From assembly GCA_963823555.1 (NCBI GenBank), contig CAWGMA010000003.1, positions 576,001 to 640,000 of the forward strand: a DNA stretch of 64,000 bases, in the 5' to 3' direction. The notes below the pieces were generated by a model. The model was not told the DNA's origin. It ran no database searches and saw only the letters and a program-made list of their open reading frames with translations. Both the position numbers and the translations under genes were made by a program. Origin of the DNA: Candidatus Eiseniibacteriota bacterium (lineage in GTDB: Bacteria > Eisenbacteria > RBG-16-71-46 > CAVPCR01). Positions within the stretch are counted from its first letter, which is position 1; every line of letters starts with the position of its first letter. Shown here in pieces: positions 1 through 9,064 of the stretch.

Positions 1-13
1 CACGAAGCGCCTG

Positions 14-541
14 ATGATCGTATGTAGCATTCTGGTTCTTGCTCTTGCGTCGCCGGCGCACGCCAGCTGGTTGCTGGGAGTTTCGGCCGGCGGCCAGGCA
101 GGTGTGAGCCACACCTACGGCGATATCGACGACAGCTCCTTCATCATCGGAGGCAACGTCCGGGTCGAAGTGCTCTCGATGCTCGCTGGTGAGTTCGCCA
201 TCGACTATCGCAACGAGAGTCTTGACGCCGGCGACATCCGCACCATCCCGATGCAGGTCAGCGTGCTCTTCACGTTGCTGCCTTTCATCTATACGACCGC
301 CGGGGGCGGTTGGTACGACATCAACGTCGACGGCGATCTCCGCGATCAGTTCGGCACCGAGAACCTCAGCAATCATGGCTGGCATCTGGGTGCCGGTATC
401 GGCATTCCCGTGCCCGGACCCTGGACCGTGATCGCTGATGGACGCTTTGTCTTCCTGAACTACGACAAGAAGGCGCCGGGGATGAGCGATCGAGCTGACT
501 ACTACCAGATCACCGGGGGATTGCAGTACAAGATCTTCTAG
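14..541 (+). CDS. Outer membrane beta-barrel protein (OmpA/OmpW-like, probably 8-stranded)
   Basis: Signal peptide (…ASPAHA), amphipathic strands, C-terminal GGLQYKIF beta-signal; start may lie upstream of the window. Confidence 0.8.
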   Translation: MIVCSILVLALASPAHASWLLGVSAGGQAGVSHTYGDIDDSSFIIGGNVRVEVLSMLAGEFAIDYRNESLDAGDIRTIPMQVSVLFTLLPFIYTTAGGGWYDINVDGDLRDQFGTENLSNHGWHLGAGIGIPVPGPWTVIADGRFVFLNYDKKAPGMSDRADYYQITGGLQYKIF

Positions 542-622
542 GCGAGAGGGGTCGGGGGTGGCCTTGGGCAGCAAGGCGTCCTCGGAGAGCCTGTCCTGAT
601 CCTCGAAGCGATGGGAGCCAAG

Positions 623-1174
623 ATGAAGATAGCGTGGAGTTCATTCCTGGCCGCAGTACTCATCATTGGAGCTGTTTCCTCCGCGCAGGCCGGCGGCCTG
701 CTCGGGTTCTCGGTGGGGGGCCAGGCCGGTGTCAGCCGCACCGGGGGCGACGTCGACAAGAGCGCATTCATCGGCGGGGGCTCAGCGCGGGTCGAGATCC
801 TCTCGATCCTGGCCGGCGAGTTCGCAGTCAACTATCGGCGAGAGAGCCTGGATAGTGGTGATATCAGCACGATTCCGATCCAGGTGAGCGCGCTCATCAC
901 TCCGCTTCCCCTCATCTATGGCACGATCGGTGTTGGCTGGTACAGCATCAACCTCGATGGCGACCTCACGGATCAGCTCGGAGACATCGGCGATTTCTCG
1001 AACGCGGCGCTGCACCTGGGCGGCGGTATTTCATTCCCCGTTGCTGAGAAATGGAATCTCATTGGTGACATTCGTTACGTCTTTCTCAACTACGACATTG
1101 AGGATCTGCCGGACTTCGACAGCAACGCCGATTTCTACATGATCACGGGCGGGTTGCAGTACGAGGTGTTCTGA
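623..1174 (+). CDS. Outer membrane beta-barrel protein, tandem paralog of 14..541
   Basis: Signal peptide; C-terminal GGLQYEVF; clearly alignable with the upstream ORF; alternative start 611. Confidence 0.85.
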   Translation: MKIAWSSFLAAVLIIGAVSSAQAGGLLGFSVGGQAGVSRTGGDVDKSAFIGGGSARVEILSILAGEFAVNYRRESLDSGDISTIPIQVSALITPLPLIYGTIGVGWYSINLDGDLTDQLGDIGDFSNAALHLGGGISFPVAEKWNLIGDIRYVFLNYDIEDLPDFDSNADFYMITGGLQYEVF

Positions 1175-1288
1175 GCAGCAATTGGCCGCGGGCGTCGAGA
1201 AGGGTGGACGATCGGAGATACGAGGCAGGGGGACCGAAGAGATCCGGGGGGGCTGATTCAGGACGGCCTAGGCCTTCCCCTGGTGGGC

Positions 1289-1317
1289 TTGACAGGATTC
1301 CTGTCGCGCCGTAGAGT
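1289..1317 (+). promoter_or_regulatory. sigma70-type promoter of tRNA-Asn
   Basis: TTGACA-17 bp-TAGAGT about 50 bp upstream of the tRNA. Confidence 0.65.
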
Positions 1318-1369
1318 ATTTGGGGCGTTGTACTTGCCGCGACGGCAGGCAACGCGCCGAGAGCTTTGT

Positions 1370-1444
1370 TCCTCGGTAGCTCAATGGTAGAGCAAGCGGC
1401 TGTTAACCGCTAGGTTGCTGGTTCGAGTCCAGCCCGGGGAGCCA
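1370..1444 (+). tRNA. tRNA-Asn (GTT)
   Basis: TCCTCGG/CCGGGGA acceptor stem, D-arm TAGCTCAATGGTAGAGC, anticodon arm GCGG-CTGTTAA-CCGC, T-loop GGTTCGAGTCC, encoded CCA. Confidence 0.97.
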
Positions 1445-1722
1445 TCGTCCGGAGTCGCGAGCTGCAAGCGGCTCCGTGGTTAACGCACGGCCCCGGTGGA
1501 GCGATCCGCCGGGGTCTCGTGTTAGCGCGAGATGTGGCACCGAGTTGCGCGCGCGCGCGCGGCGGGCGCGACTCTCTGTTTGCGAACCGTGCGAGTTGGG
1601 GGCCCGAGATGCGGTCGCGAAATGGGGCGGTGGGGCCCGAAACTCTCTCCCTCTCGGCGCGGGACGGAGAATTGGTGAACAGGACTGGTCTACTTGGTGG
1701 CCAAGTAGTACCGTCTTCGAAC
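1436..1722 (+). repeat. About 280-bp non-coding module R1, copy 1 (begins in the tRNA 3' end)
   Basis: Alignable by eye to 43432-43720 and 59130-59418; ends in palindrome CTACTTGG-N3-CCAAGTAG (1690-1708). Confidence 0.9.
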
Positions 1723-1754
1723 AACCTGGTAGTCTACGGCCCTGAGGCTGACCG

Positions 1755-2873
1755 GTGGAGAGCAAGATGGACAAGCGCGGCATGCTCATCCGGTTGACGG
1801 ACCTGGTGAACCATCCCGAGACCGAGAGCGAAGTTCGCATACGTGAGGGCCACCTTGACTGGGCGACCTCTGTTGTGCCTCTTCTTCCAGCCTGCATGAT
1901 ACTAACCTACATGCTGCTCATCGGTGCCGTAGGCACATCGAATGGCGAAACCCTGATCGATGACGTGGCTTCTCTATTGCTCGAGTATTATGATGCAGTC
2001 ATCTATGGCGAGGTCACGGGAATGCAGCCAAAGCACATCTACAACCTTAGTGGGCGCTGCACCTGGGTTACCGAGATTGAAATCCAACCACTTAGGCAAT
2101 TGTGGGGGGAATGCAAATCCGAGAAAATCCGAGTATTGACCCTGTCTTTGCCGGAAGACTTGAGGCAAGCGGGGCCAGGGGGTCCTCCGGGCTGTGCTTT
2201 CATAAGCCAAGGGTACCCCCCTCCTGAAGTCGGAGAACAGTGTGTATTCCTGCTAAGTGGACTTTCAGATGGCTATTTCAATGGGTTCCGGATTGCGAAA
2301 GATGCTACGTTTGTTGTAGCGGTCCAGCAGGATGTCATACCCGTGTCTAGTGACGGGACGTTGGCGATCTTTAAAGATGGAATGCAGCAAGAACGTCGTT
2401 GGGCGCTCGACGACTTCTCAGATGCTCTTGAGCGAGCAGCGAGTCGGCTCTCCCTGAGCAGCCTGATCCATAGATCATCTACCATAGCGTTGGTCAACCT
2501 GGTGGAACTTCATGGTGATCCTCGGGGAGCCTGGAGCCAGCGCATGGTAGTAGCAACTGCCTACAAGGGAACTGCCGCTGGGGACACGCTCGATTGCGAG
2601 GCCGATGTCACTCCTGGCGGGCAAGACAATGCAAGAGATGCACTGAAGGCTCACTATGCAGGAGTGCTGCTGTGGAAGCTTCAAAAGTCCAGGGTCAGGA
2701 GGGCGATCTACTTCGGTTGGACTTTGGGTCAGGCTACGGGTGAATCCACCAGTGGGCGGTGGGTCCCCGTCAATCAGGACGATGTCGTGATGCTCCCAAG
2801 TGCAGTACTGATAGATGGCCAAATTGAGCGTGCGCAAATCGCTCTCTCCAGCCTGACGGACGAAATTGAATGA
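1755..2873 (+). CDS. Hypothetical protein, possibly secreted (true start probably near 1896)
   Basis: 372-codon ORF of lower GC; hydrophobic stretch MILTYMLLIGAVG; no family recognised. Confidence 0.6.
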   Translation: MESKMDKRGMLIRLTDLVNHPETESEVRIREGHLDWATSVVPLLPACMILTYMLLIGAVGTSNGETLIDDVASLLLEYYDAVIYGEVTGMQPKHIYNLSGRCTWVTEIEIQPLRQLWGECKSEKIRVLTLSLPEDLRQAGPGGPPGCAFISQGYPPPEVGEQCVFLLSGLSDGYFNGFRIAKDATFVVAVQQDVIPVSSDGTLAIFKDGMQQERRWALDDFSDALERAASRLSLSSLIHRSSTIALVNLVELHGDPRGAWSQRMVVATAYKGTAAGDTLDCEADVTPGGQDNARDALKAHYAGVLLWKLQKSRVRRAIYFGWTLGQATGESTSGRWVPVNQDDVVMLPSAVLIDGQIERAQIALSSLTDEIE

Positions 2874-2950
2874 CTGGGAGGGACTCATCCCTGGGGCCTG
2901 ATCAAGGCGAGCTACGGGCAGTAGGCGGGCGGGGGCGCACGTCGAATCGC

Positions 2951-2980
2951 TTGACACACGTCCGCCCGACCCGGTAGTTT
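2951..2980 (+). promoter_or_regulatory. Putative sigma70 promoter for the recombinase operon
   Basis: TTGACA-18 bp-TAGTTT. Confidence 0.45.
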
Positions 2981-3169
2981 ATAGGCAGCAGCGTCGGCCG
3001 TAGACACGACGGCCATAGAAGACGACCTGTCACCAGACAGCGACCCGGCTGCGGAGCAGAAGGCGTTGTGGGTGTTGCTTCGGCACCCCGACGCCTTTTC
3101 CCGTCCTACCGCCGGAGCGGCACCCCCGACCCCTTCCTCTCCCCAGGCCGAGCGCCCTGGAGGGGATGG

Positions 3170-3391
3170 ATGGACTTCCTCCGAGACCCGGCGGTGATGA
3201 CGCCGGGGGAGCGGCTCACCGAACTGGCGGCGATCCTTGCCCAGGGGTACCTGCGGCTCCGCGCCCGACCCGAGATCGCGCTTCCCGCCGAGAGCGCCGA
3301 GAGCAGGCTGGACTCTCGGCCCGACCAGAGACCTCCATTGGACGCCGGGTTAGCGCCCGGAGACCCGGTTCGAGAGGAGGTCGTGGGATGA
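3170..3391 (+). CDS. Small hypothetical protein upstream of the DUF2924-like gene
   Basis: MTPGERLTELAAILAQGYLRL motif; ATGA coupling to the next gene. Confidence 0.55.
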   Translation: MDFLRDPAVMTPGERLTELAAILAQGYLRLRARPEIALPAESAESRLDSRPDQRPPLDAGLAPGDPVREEVVG

Positions 3392-3891
3392 AGGTGAACG
3401 TCGCCGCCGAATTCAGAGCTCTCGGGCGCATGACCGCTGGCGAGCTGCGGGAGAAATACCGGGCGGTCTTTGGCGAGGAGACGCGGTCGGGGAACCGGGA
3501 CTTCTTGCGGAAGCGGATCGCCTGGCGCATCCAGGCCCTGGCCGAGGGCGGCCTCTCTGAGCGCGCTCTCCGCCGGGCCGAGGAACTGGCCCGGGACGCC
3601 GACCTCCGCATCCGGGCGCCGAAGGGCGAGTCGTTCCCGAGCCATCCTGCTGCTGGAGACACGGTCGTCGGCCGGGTCAACGCGTCCCAGGATCGCCGGT
3701 TGCCGCTGCCGGGGACCGTGCTCGTGCGCCGGTATCGGGGCGAGACCGTCCAGGTGACCGTGCTCGACAACGGATTCGAGCACCAAGGCAAGACCTACAA
3801 GTCGTTGACGGCCGTCGCGCAGGCGATCACCAACACGCACTGGAACGGCTACCACTTCTTCGGCCTGCGCCGGAAGGGGGCCGCGTCGTGA
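3388..3891 (+). CDS. DUF2924-domain protein (recombinase-associated)
   Basis: LRKRIAWRIQALAEGGLS and PGTVLVRRYRG…YKSLTAVAQAITNTHWNGYHFFGL motifs; GGAGG RBS. Confidence 0.85.
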   Translation: MKVNVAAEFRALGRMTAGELREKYRAVFGEETRSGNRDFLRKRIAWRIQALAEGGLSERALRRAEELARDADLRIRAPKGESFPSHPAAGDTVVGRVNASQDRRLPLPGTVLVRRYRGETVQVTVLDNGFEHQGKTYKSLTAVAQAITNTHWNGYHFFGLRRKGAAS

Positions 3892-5468
3892 GCGCGAAGC
3901 GTGGGGGGAAGAAGAACGGCGACCCCGCGACGCCGTCGGTCGTCAGGTGCGCAATCTACTGCCGGGTGTCTGTCGACAGAAGCCTCGACAACGGTGCGTT
4001 CACGAGCATCGATGCCCAGAGGGAGGCTGCTGAAGCCTACGTCGGAAGCCAGAAGCAGAAGGGCTGGACCGCCTTGACCGCGCATTACGACGACAGCGGA
4101 TGCTCGGGCGGGACGACGGAACGGCCTGCGCTCCAGCGGCTTCTAGCCGACGTGCGGGCGGGGAAAGTCGATTCGGTCGTCGTTTACAGACTCGACAGGT
4201 TCTCCCGCAGCCTTCTCGACTTCTCCAAACTCATGGAGGTTCTGGGCCACCACCAAGCATCTCTCGTCAGCGTTTCTGAGGCGTTCGACACCGCGACCTC
4301 GATGGGTCGGATGGTCATGCATCTGCTTGCCACCTTCGCCCAGTTCGAGCGGGAGACGATCGCCGAGAGAACGCGGGATAAAATGGGTGCTGCACGACGC
4401 CGAGGCCGATGGACCGGCGGCCACTTGCCTTTCGGCTTCGACCTAGACCCCGCCGCCGGGCGCCTCGTGGTCAACAACGCCGAGGCCGAGCGGGTGCGGG
4501 CGATCTTCCAGATGTACCTGGAGAAGCACTCGACCTTCGAGGTCCTGCGGGAACTGGCCCGCCGCCGATGGACCACGAAGCGGTGGACGACGCGGAAGGG
4601 GGAGGAGCGCGGCGGGAGAGCATTCGACAAGTCGAGGCTCTTGTACCTTCTCAAGAACGTCGTCTACATCGGCAAGGTGCGGTACGACGGAGTCGTTCAC
4701 GACGGCGCACACGAGGCGATCGTGGACGCCGACGTGTGGCAGCGAGTCCAGATGCTTATCGGACGAAACGCGGTTACAAGCGGCAGCGCTTTCCGAAACA
4801 AGCACGGCGCATTGCTCGGCGGGATCTTACGCTGCTCGAACTGCGACTGCGCAATGACGCCTTGCTACACAACCAAGAACAACCGGAGGTTTCGGTATTA
4901 CACGTGCTTGGTCGCACAACGTCACGGCTGGAACAAGTGTCCTGCCCCGTCGATTCCGGCGACCGAGATTGAGCGGTTCGTCGTCGAGCGCATCCGCGCG
5001 ATCGGCGCCGACCCGGCGCTGCGGGCCGAAGTGATCGCGCAGGCGAAGGCTGCAAGTGCATCACGAGCCGCCGAGTTGGAGCGCGAACGCCTGGACGCGG
5101 AGCGCGAGATGCGGCGCATCGCCGGCGAGATCCGGAAGGCCCTCGGGCGCGTCGAGGGCGCCGGGAACGGCGGCTCGTCGGCCACGACGCGGCTGGCCGA
5201 GTTGCAAGAGCAGGTGGCAGCAGTCGAGGACCGTGCCCGTCGTGTCCGAGATGCAATCGCCGCCCTCAACGCCGACCAGATGGACGAGAGCGCCCTCGTC
5301 TCCGCGCTGGAGCGGTTCGACCCGCTCTGGGAGACGCTCACGCCGAAGGAGCGCGCGCGGGCGATCCACCTGCTGGTCGAGCGCATCGCGTTCGACGGCG
5401 GCCGGGGGACGATCGCCATCACATTCCGGCCGGGTGGGATCAAGGCGCTCGTGGAGGGATCGAAGTGA
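3888..5468 (+). CDS. Large serine recombinase (resolvase, recombinase, Zn ribbon, coiled coil)
   Basis: AIYCRVS catalytic Ser, DSGCSGGTTERPALQRLL, YRLDRFSRS, FAQFERE, YIGK, CSNC…YYTC. Confidence 0.95.
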   Translation: MSAKRGGKKNGDPATPSVVRCAIYCRVSVDRSLDNGAFTSIDAQREAAEAYVGSQKQKGWTALTAHYDDSGCSGGTTERPALQRLLADVRAGKVDSVVVYRLDRFSRSLLDFSKLMEVLGHHQASLVSVSEAFDTATSMGRMVMHLLATFAQFERETIAERTRDKMGAARRRGRWTGGHLPFGFDLDPAAGRLVVNNAEAERVRAIFQMYLEKHSTFEVLRELARRRWTTKRWTTRKGEERGGRAFDKSRLLYLLKNVVYIGKVRYDGVVHDGAHEAIVDADVWQRVQMLIGRNAVTSGSAFRNKHGALLGGILRCSNCDCAMTPCYTTKNNRRFRYYTCLVAQRHGWNKCPAPSIPATEIERFVVERIRAIGADPALRAEVIAQAKAASASRAAELERERLDAEREMRRIAGEIRKALGRVEGAGNGGSSATTRLAELQEQVAAVEDRARRVRDAIAALNADQMDESALVSALERFDPLWETLTPKERARAIHLLVERIAFDGGRGTIAITFRPGGIKALVEGSK

Positions 5469-5938
5469 CCACTGCGACACAGCGATTGGACCAGAGCGGC
5501 GGCGGCTCGTCGACCGTCGTGTTCAAGACTCACTTCCAGCGCGGGAATCGCGGCTGCCGCCGCCTGCGGGACGGCCCAGCGCCCGCGCCGCCGCCCGTCG
5601 AGCCGGGGCGCGTCCCGCGCATCAGCCGCTTGATGGCCCTCGCCATCCGCCTCGATGGGCTCGTCCGCTCGGGCGCCGTCCGCGACTACGCCGACCTGGC
5701 CAGGCTCGGACACGTGAGCCGGGCGCGGGTCACCCAGATCATGAACCTCCTAGCTTTGGCCCCGGACATCCAGGAGGCGCTCCTCTTCCTGCCGCGCACT
5801 GTCTCCGGCCGGGACCCAGTCAGGGAGCGCCAGGTGCGGCCGATAGCTGCCGTCGTGGACTGGGGGGGACAGCGCCGCCTGTGGCGGGATCTCCGGCACC
5901 GAGCGGGCCTGGACACCGAAGTGCAGGATGTCGCATGA
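5465..5938 (+). CDS. Hypothetical HTH-like protein coupled to the LSR
   Basis: PRISRLMALAI…DYADLARLGHVSRARVTQIMNLLALAPDIQE; GTGA overlap with the LSR stop. Confidence 0.8.
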   Translation: MTTATQRLDQSGGGSSTVVFKTHFQRGNRGCRRLRDGPAPAPPPVEPGRVPRISRLMALAIRLDGLVRSGAVRDYADLARLGHVSRARVTQIMNLLALAPDIQEALLFLPRTVSGRDPVRERQVRPIAAVVDWGGQRRLWRDLRHRAGLDTEVQDVA

Positions 5939-6081
5939 TCGTGGCACCGCGCCACCCGTGGCCACCGCCGTAGCCGGGGCCCGGCCACGCAATCGATAGA
6001 GGGGAGCCGTAGGGTCGCTCCCGAACGCCGCCCTGCTCGAGGCGGCTAGGCTCCCCTACCTCTCATCGAGCTAAAGGGCAC

Positions 6082-7065
6082 ATGAGCATGCCCAGTACCC
6101 AATTCGACGATGCCGAAGACCATGATCTCCCACAGTTCGGGCGTGATGCGGTGATACGCGTGCGCTTCGGTCTCCGCTACGACCCAAATGTCGAAAAGCA
6201 ATGGCCCGATCGAATCGTACAGCTGCGGGGAGCGATCTCACGCCTGGAACGAGTCAGAAGTGATACGCCAGATGCCTTTGAGCGCGCGTGTGTCACATTC
6301 CATGAATCGACGATGGGCAAAATAGCACGGTTCGTAGCGACTGGGCTCATAGGGTTCACGCACAAGTATGGGCGATGGGACGCCGTTGCCGACTACGAGA
6401 GACCCTTTATATCCCAGTACTTCTTGCTATTTCCACATTTGAAGCCCAAGCCACCGCGGCAGAAGCCAAAGGAGCTGGCGCCACATTTCTATTCAATCGC
6501 CGCGAAATGTGAGCACTTCAAGAGGCTTCTGAAGAACTTGCGCCAGTGTGATCAACAAGTACGAAAGCTGTGTACCGCAGAGGGCATCGACTATAGCCGT
6601 CTGTTCAGGAAGCTGGGAGAGGACCCTGTGCGCACCTTCGTTGGCAATGTGATCGAGTCACCACAGGTGTATGAGGTGTTGTGCGAGATAAGAGAGGTCA
6701 CGCCATCGGCATCCTCGCAAAAGATCGGGCAACGGGACTTCGAAATGGCGGTTATGAAATTCAGACTTGGCTGGGAAGTGCTGCAGTGGCACCTCATCCA
6801 ATGCGGTCTCATTCCGCCCTCGGTAGATGATCCGGCCGAAACCTATGAAGGGCCCGCTGCTGGCAACGACCTGCCCGACGTCTTAGTCGGGCAGGTACGA
6901 GCTGCATTCGAGGAGATCGAGGCGTTGCTCGAGGTTGATCGCCGCGGAAGGTACATAGAGAAGAACTACTTCGAGTGGTTCTGCGACCGGATGGCACTCG
7001 TTACGGGCACCACTTCCAGAACCGTGGCACAGAGAATCAGCGAGGACCGGAAGGGCACCCTATAG
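6082..7065 (+). CDS. Hypothetical cargo protein
   Basis: 327-aa ORF of lower GC; no recognisable family. Confidence 0.7.
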   Translation: MSMPSTQFDDAEDHDLPQFGRDAVIRVRFGLRYDPNVEKQWPDRIVQLRGAISRLERVRSDTPDAFERACVTFHESTMGKIARFVATGLIGFTHKYGRWDAVADYERPFISQYFLLFPHLKPKPPRQKPKELAPHFYSIAAKCEHFKRLLKNLRQCDQQVRKLCTAEGIDYSRLFRKLGEDPVRTFVGNVIESPQVYEVLCEIREVTPSASSQKIGQRDFEMAVMKFRLGWEVLQWHLIQCGLIPPSVDDPAETYEGPAAGNDLPDVLVGQVRAAFEEIEALLEVDRRGRYIEKNYFEWFCDRMALVTGTTSRTVAQRISEDRKGTL

Positions 7066-7372
7066 GCGCACTCCCCGGGGGTGGCAAGAAAAGGCTATGC
7101 CGTAAGTCATGCCACAACCATCAGATACCAGCTGCAAATTGTCACCGAGACCATCTTCAGCTGTATGGCTGGGACCGTCTGAGAGGCTGGCGGTGCTCGT
7201 CGGGCGTGGTGAAAACGCTCCGCGACCGGCGAGGCCCCCGCCAACCAAGCTGACGGGCAGGCCGTCCACGTGACGGCCACCGGCCCCCATGCTTCCCCTG
7301 GCGGGGCGGGAGCGTGGGGGCCTTTCTCTTACCGGTCTGCAAGCGGACCTATCTGGAGGTAGCACAACAACA

Positions 7373-7687
7373 ATGATGAAGTCACAACTGACACGGGCGC
7401 GAGAGCGGTTAGTAGAGCTCGCTCAGGAGCTCGACTTCGGCCAGATCGAAGGTTTGGTCGTGCGCAACGGCGACCCCGTCTTCACTCCGCCGCCTTGCGT
7501 CATGCGCGAGGTTAGAATGCACAGCGACGAGCCGCGAACTAGGCAGTGCGCATCGGACTTCAACTTGAAGCCCGAGGTGATCCACCTGCTTGCAGAAATG
7601 ACCACACTCGGGACGGGAATCATCGATCGAATAGACGTCAAGCATGGGCTGCCGTTTCGCATTCACATTAGGCAACCAATGAACTAG
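7373..7687 (+). CDS. Hypothetical element protein
   Basis: GGAGG RBS; LVELAQELDFGQIEGLVVRNGDP…IDVKHGLPF. Confidence 0.75.
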   Translation: MMKSQLTRARERLVELAQELDFGQIEGLVVRNGDPVFTPPPCVMREVRMHSDEPRTRQCASDFNLKPEVIHLLAEMTTLGTGIIDRIDVKHGLPFRIHIRQPMN

Positions 7688-7849
7688 ACCACGACAGAAA
7701 GAACAAAGCACTCGACAACGAGCTGGCCACGAAGTGGAGGCCGTTGTGGGTGTCGCCTCACGGCGATTCTCGCAACGGCCTTTGCTATCAGCGGCTCGTC
7801 ACTAGGCGAACACCCACACGGACTCCTCCCAGCACGGAGGAGATGCCGA

Positions 7850-8401
7850 ATGGGTCAAGTTCCCCCGGACAACGGGTTCGATGAGTACGCCGCTTGCCTG
7901 ATCAGCCGCAAGGCCCGCCAACTTGTCGGCAAAGCGGGGCTCACCGCCGCCGACTGCCAGGATGTAGAGCAGGACCTGGCGCTGCACCTTCTCCAGCAAC
8001 GTCACAAGTTTGATCCCGCGCGAAGCGGCTTCCATACCTACGTCAGCAGGCTCGTCGACCGGCGGATCGCTTCGATCCTCCGCTGGCGCGGTGCTGCCAA
8101 GCGCGACTGGCGCGTGAACGGCCTCTCTCTCAACGCGCCAGTCGAGAGCGCCGATGGTGATGACGTCGAACTTGGTGACACGGTTGGTGCCAAAGACCCT
8201 CCTCTCGACCTACCTGTGGATCTGCAACGGGCGATAGACAGCCTGTCGCCGGACCTGCGAAGGCTGTGTGAACGGCTGAGGGAGGAATCGGCGTCAGAAG
8301 TGGCATTGAGGTTGGGCGTCTCCAGGGCGACCGTTCATGCGCGGATCGGGGTGATCCGGAGGGCCCTCCGGAAGAAGGGACTGCATGACTATCTGGCCTG
8401 A
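7850..8401 (+). CDS. Sigma-70/ECF-like factor
   Basis: DVEQDL…FDPARS…TYVSRLV region-2-like segment; C-terminal HTH SEVALRLGVSRATV. Confidence 0.8.
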   Translation: MGQVPPDNGFDEYAACLISRKARQLVGKAGLTAADCQDVEQDLALHLLQQRHKFDPARSGFHTYVSRLVDRRIASILRWRGAAKRDWRVNGLSLNAPVESADGDDVELGDTVGAKDPPLDLPVDLQRAIDSLSPDLRRLCERLREESASEVALRLGVSRATVHARIGVIRRALRKKGLHDYLA

Positions 8402-8466
8402 CACTTTTCGAAGCTTTGGCGTATGTAAGGAGTAGAGGCAGGAACGTGAAAGGAGGAGCAAGCAGC

Positions 8467-8781
8467 ATGATCGCTGAGACATACAACTACCACATCGAAG
8501 GGAGGATCCCGTTCGAGGCCGTGGAGGAGTCCCTGCTGCTGGCCATCCTGGCGGCGGAGTGCCTGCATGGGACGCCGCAGGTGCGCCTGGACGCGGTCTT
8601 CAGCGCGGACTCGGCCAAGCGAGCCTGCGTCGTGGATGCCGGGACGGAGGTGGGGCGGGACATAGCGCGGCTGTTCACCGGGTTCTTGTCCCGCCAGTTC
8701 GGGGAAGACAACTTTCGGGTCGAGCGGGTGGGCGGGCAGCACGCCGGGCACCGTGATGCGGCGACCGGAGTGACGCAGTAG
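8467..8781 (+). CDS. Hypothetical element protein
   Basis: AGGAGG RBS; VEESLLLAILAAECLHG…FTGFLSRQFGEDNFRVERV. Confidence 0.75.
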   Translation: MIAETYNYHIEGRIPFEAVEESLLLAILAAECLHGTPQVRLDAVFSADSAKRACVVDAGTEVGRDIARLFTGFLSRQFGEDNFRVERVGGQHAGHRDAATGVTQ

Positions 8782-8839
8782 GACCAAAGGGAACCCCGGC
8801 TCGCGGTGGCACGCAGCCGGGGTCACAGGAGACACTGAC

Positions 8840-9046
8840 ATGGAAACGGTAACGGAAAATAGGACCGTCGGTCAACCCCGTAGTGGAGAGCCCCGCTGCC
8901 GCCGGTGCGGCTGCGTGGATCGCGTCGGCTGGGTCGAGGGCATTGGCTGGCTCTGCGGTCGGTGCGCCAATCGAATCCTCGACCATGTCCTCGACCTCGA
9001 AGACCGCATCCTCGGGGCCTTCGGCGATGGGGTGGGCGGTGCCTGA
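8840..9046 (+). CDS. Small CxxC…CxxC Zn-finger-like protein
   Basis: AGGAG RBS; CRRC…CGRC. Confidence 0.5.
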   Translation: METVTENRTVGQPRSGEPRCRRCGCVDRVGWVEGIGWLCGRCANRILDHVLDLEDRILGAFGDGVGGA

Positions 9047-9064
9047 GACCACGGCGTTGCCCAA

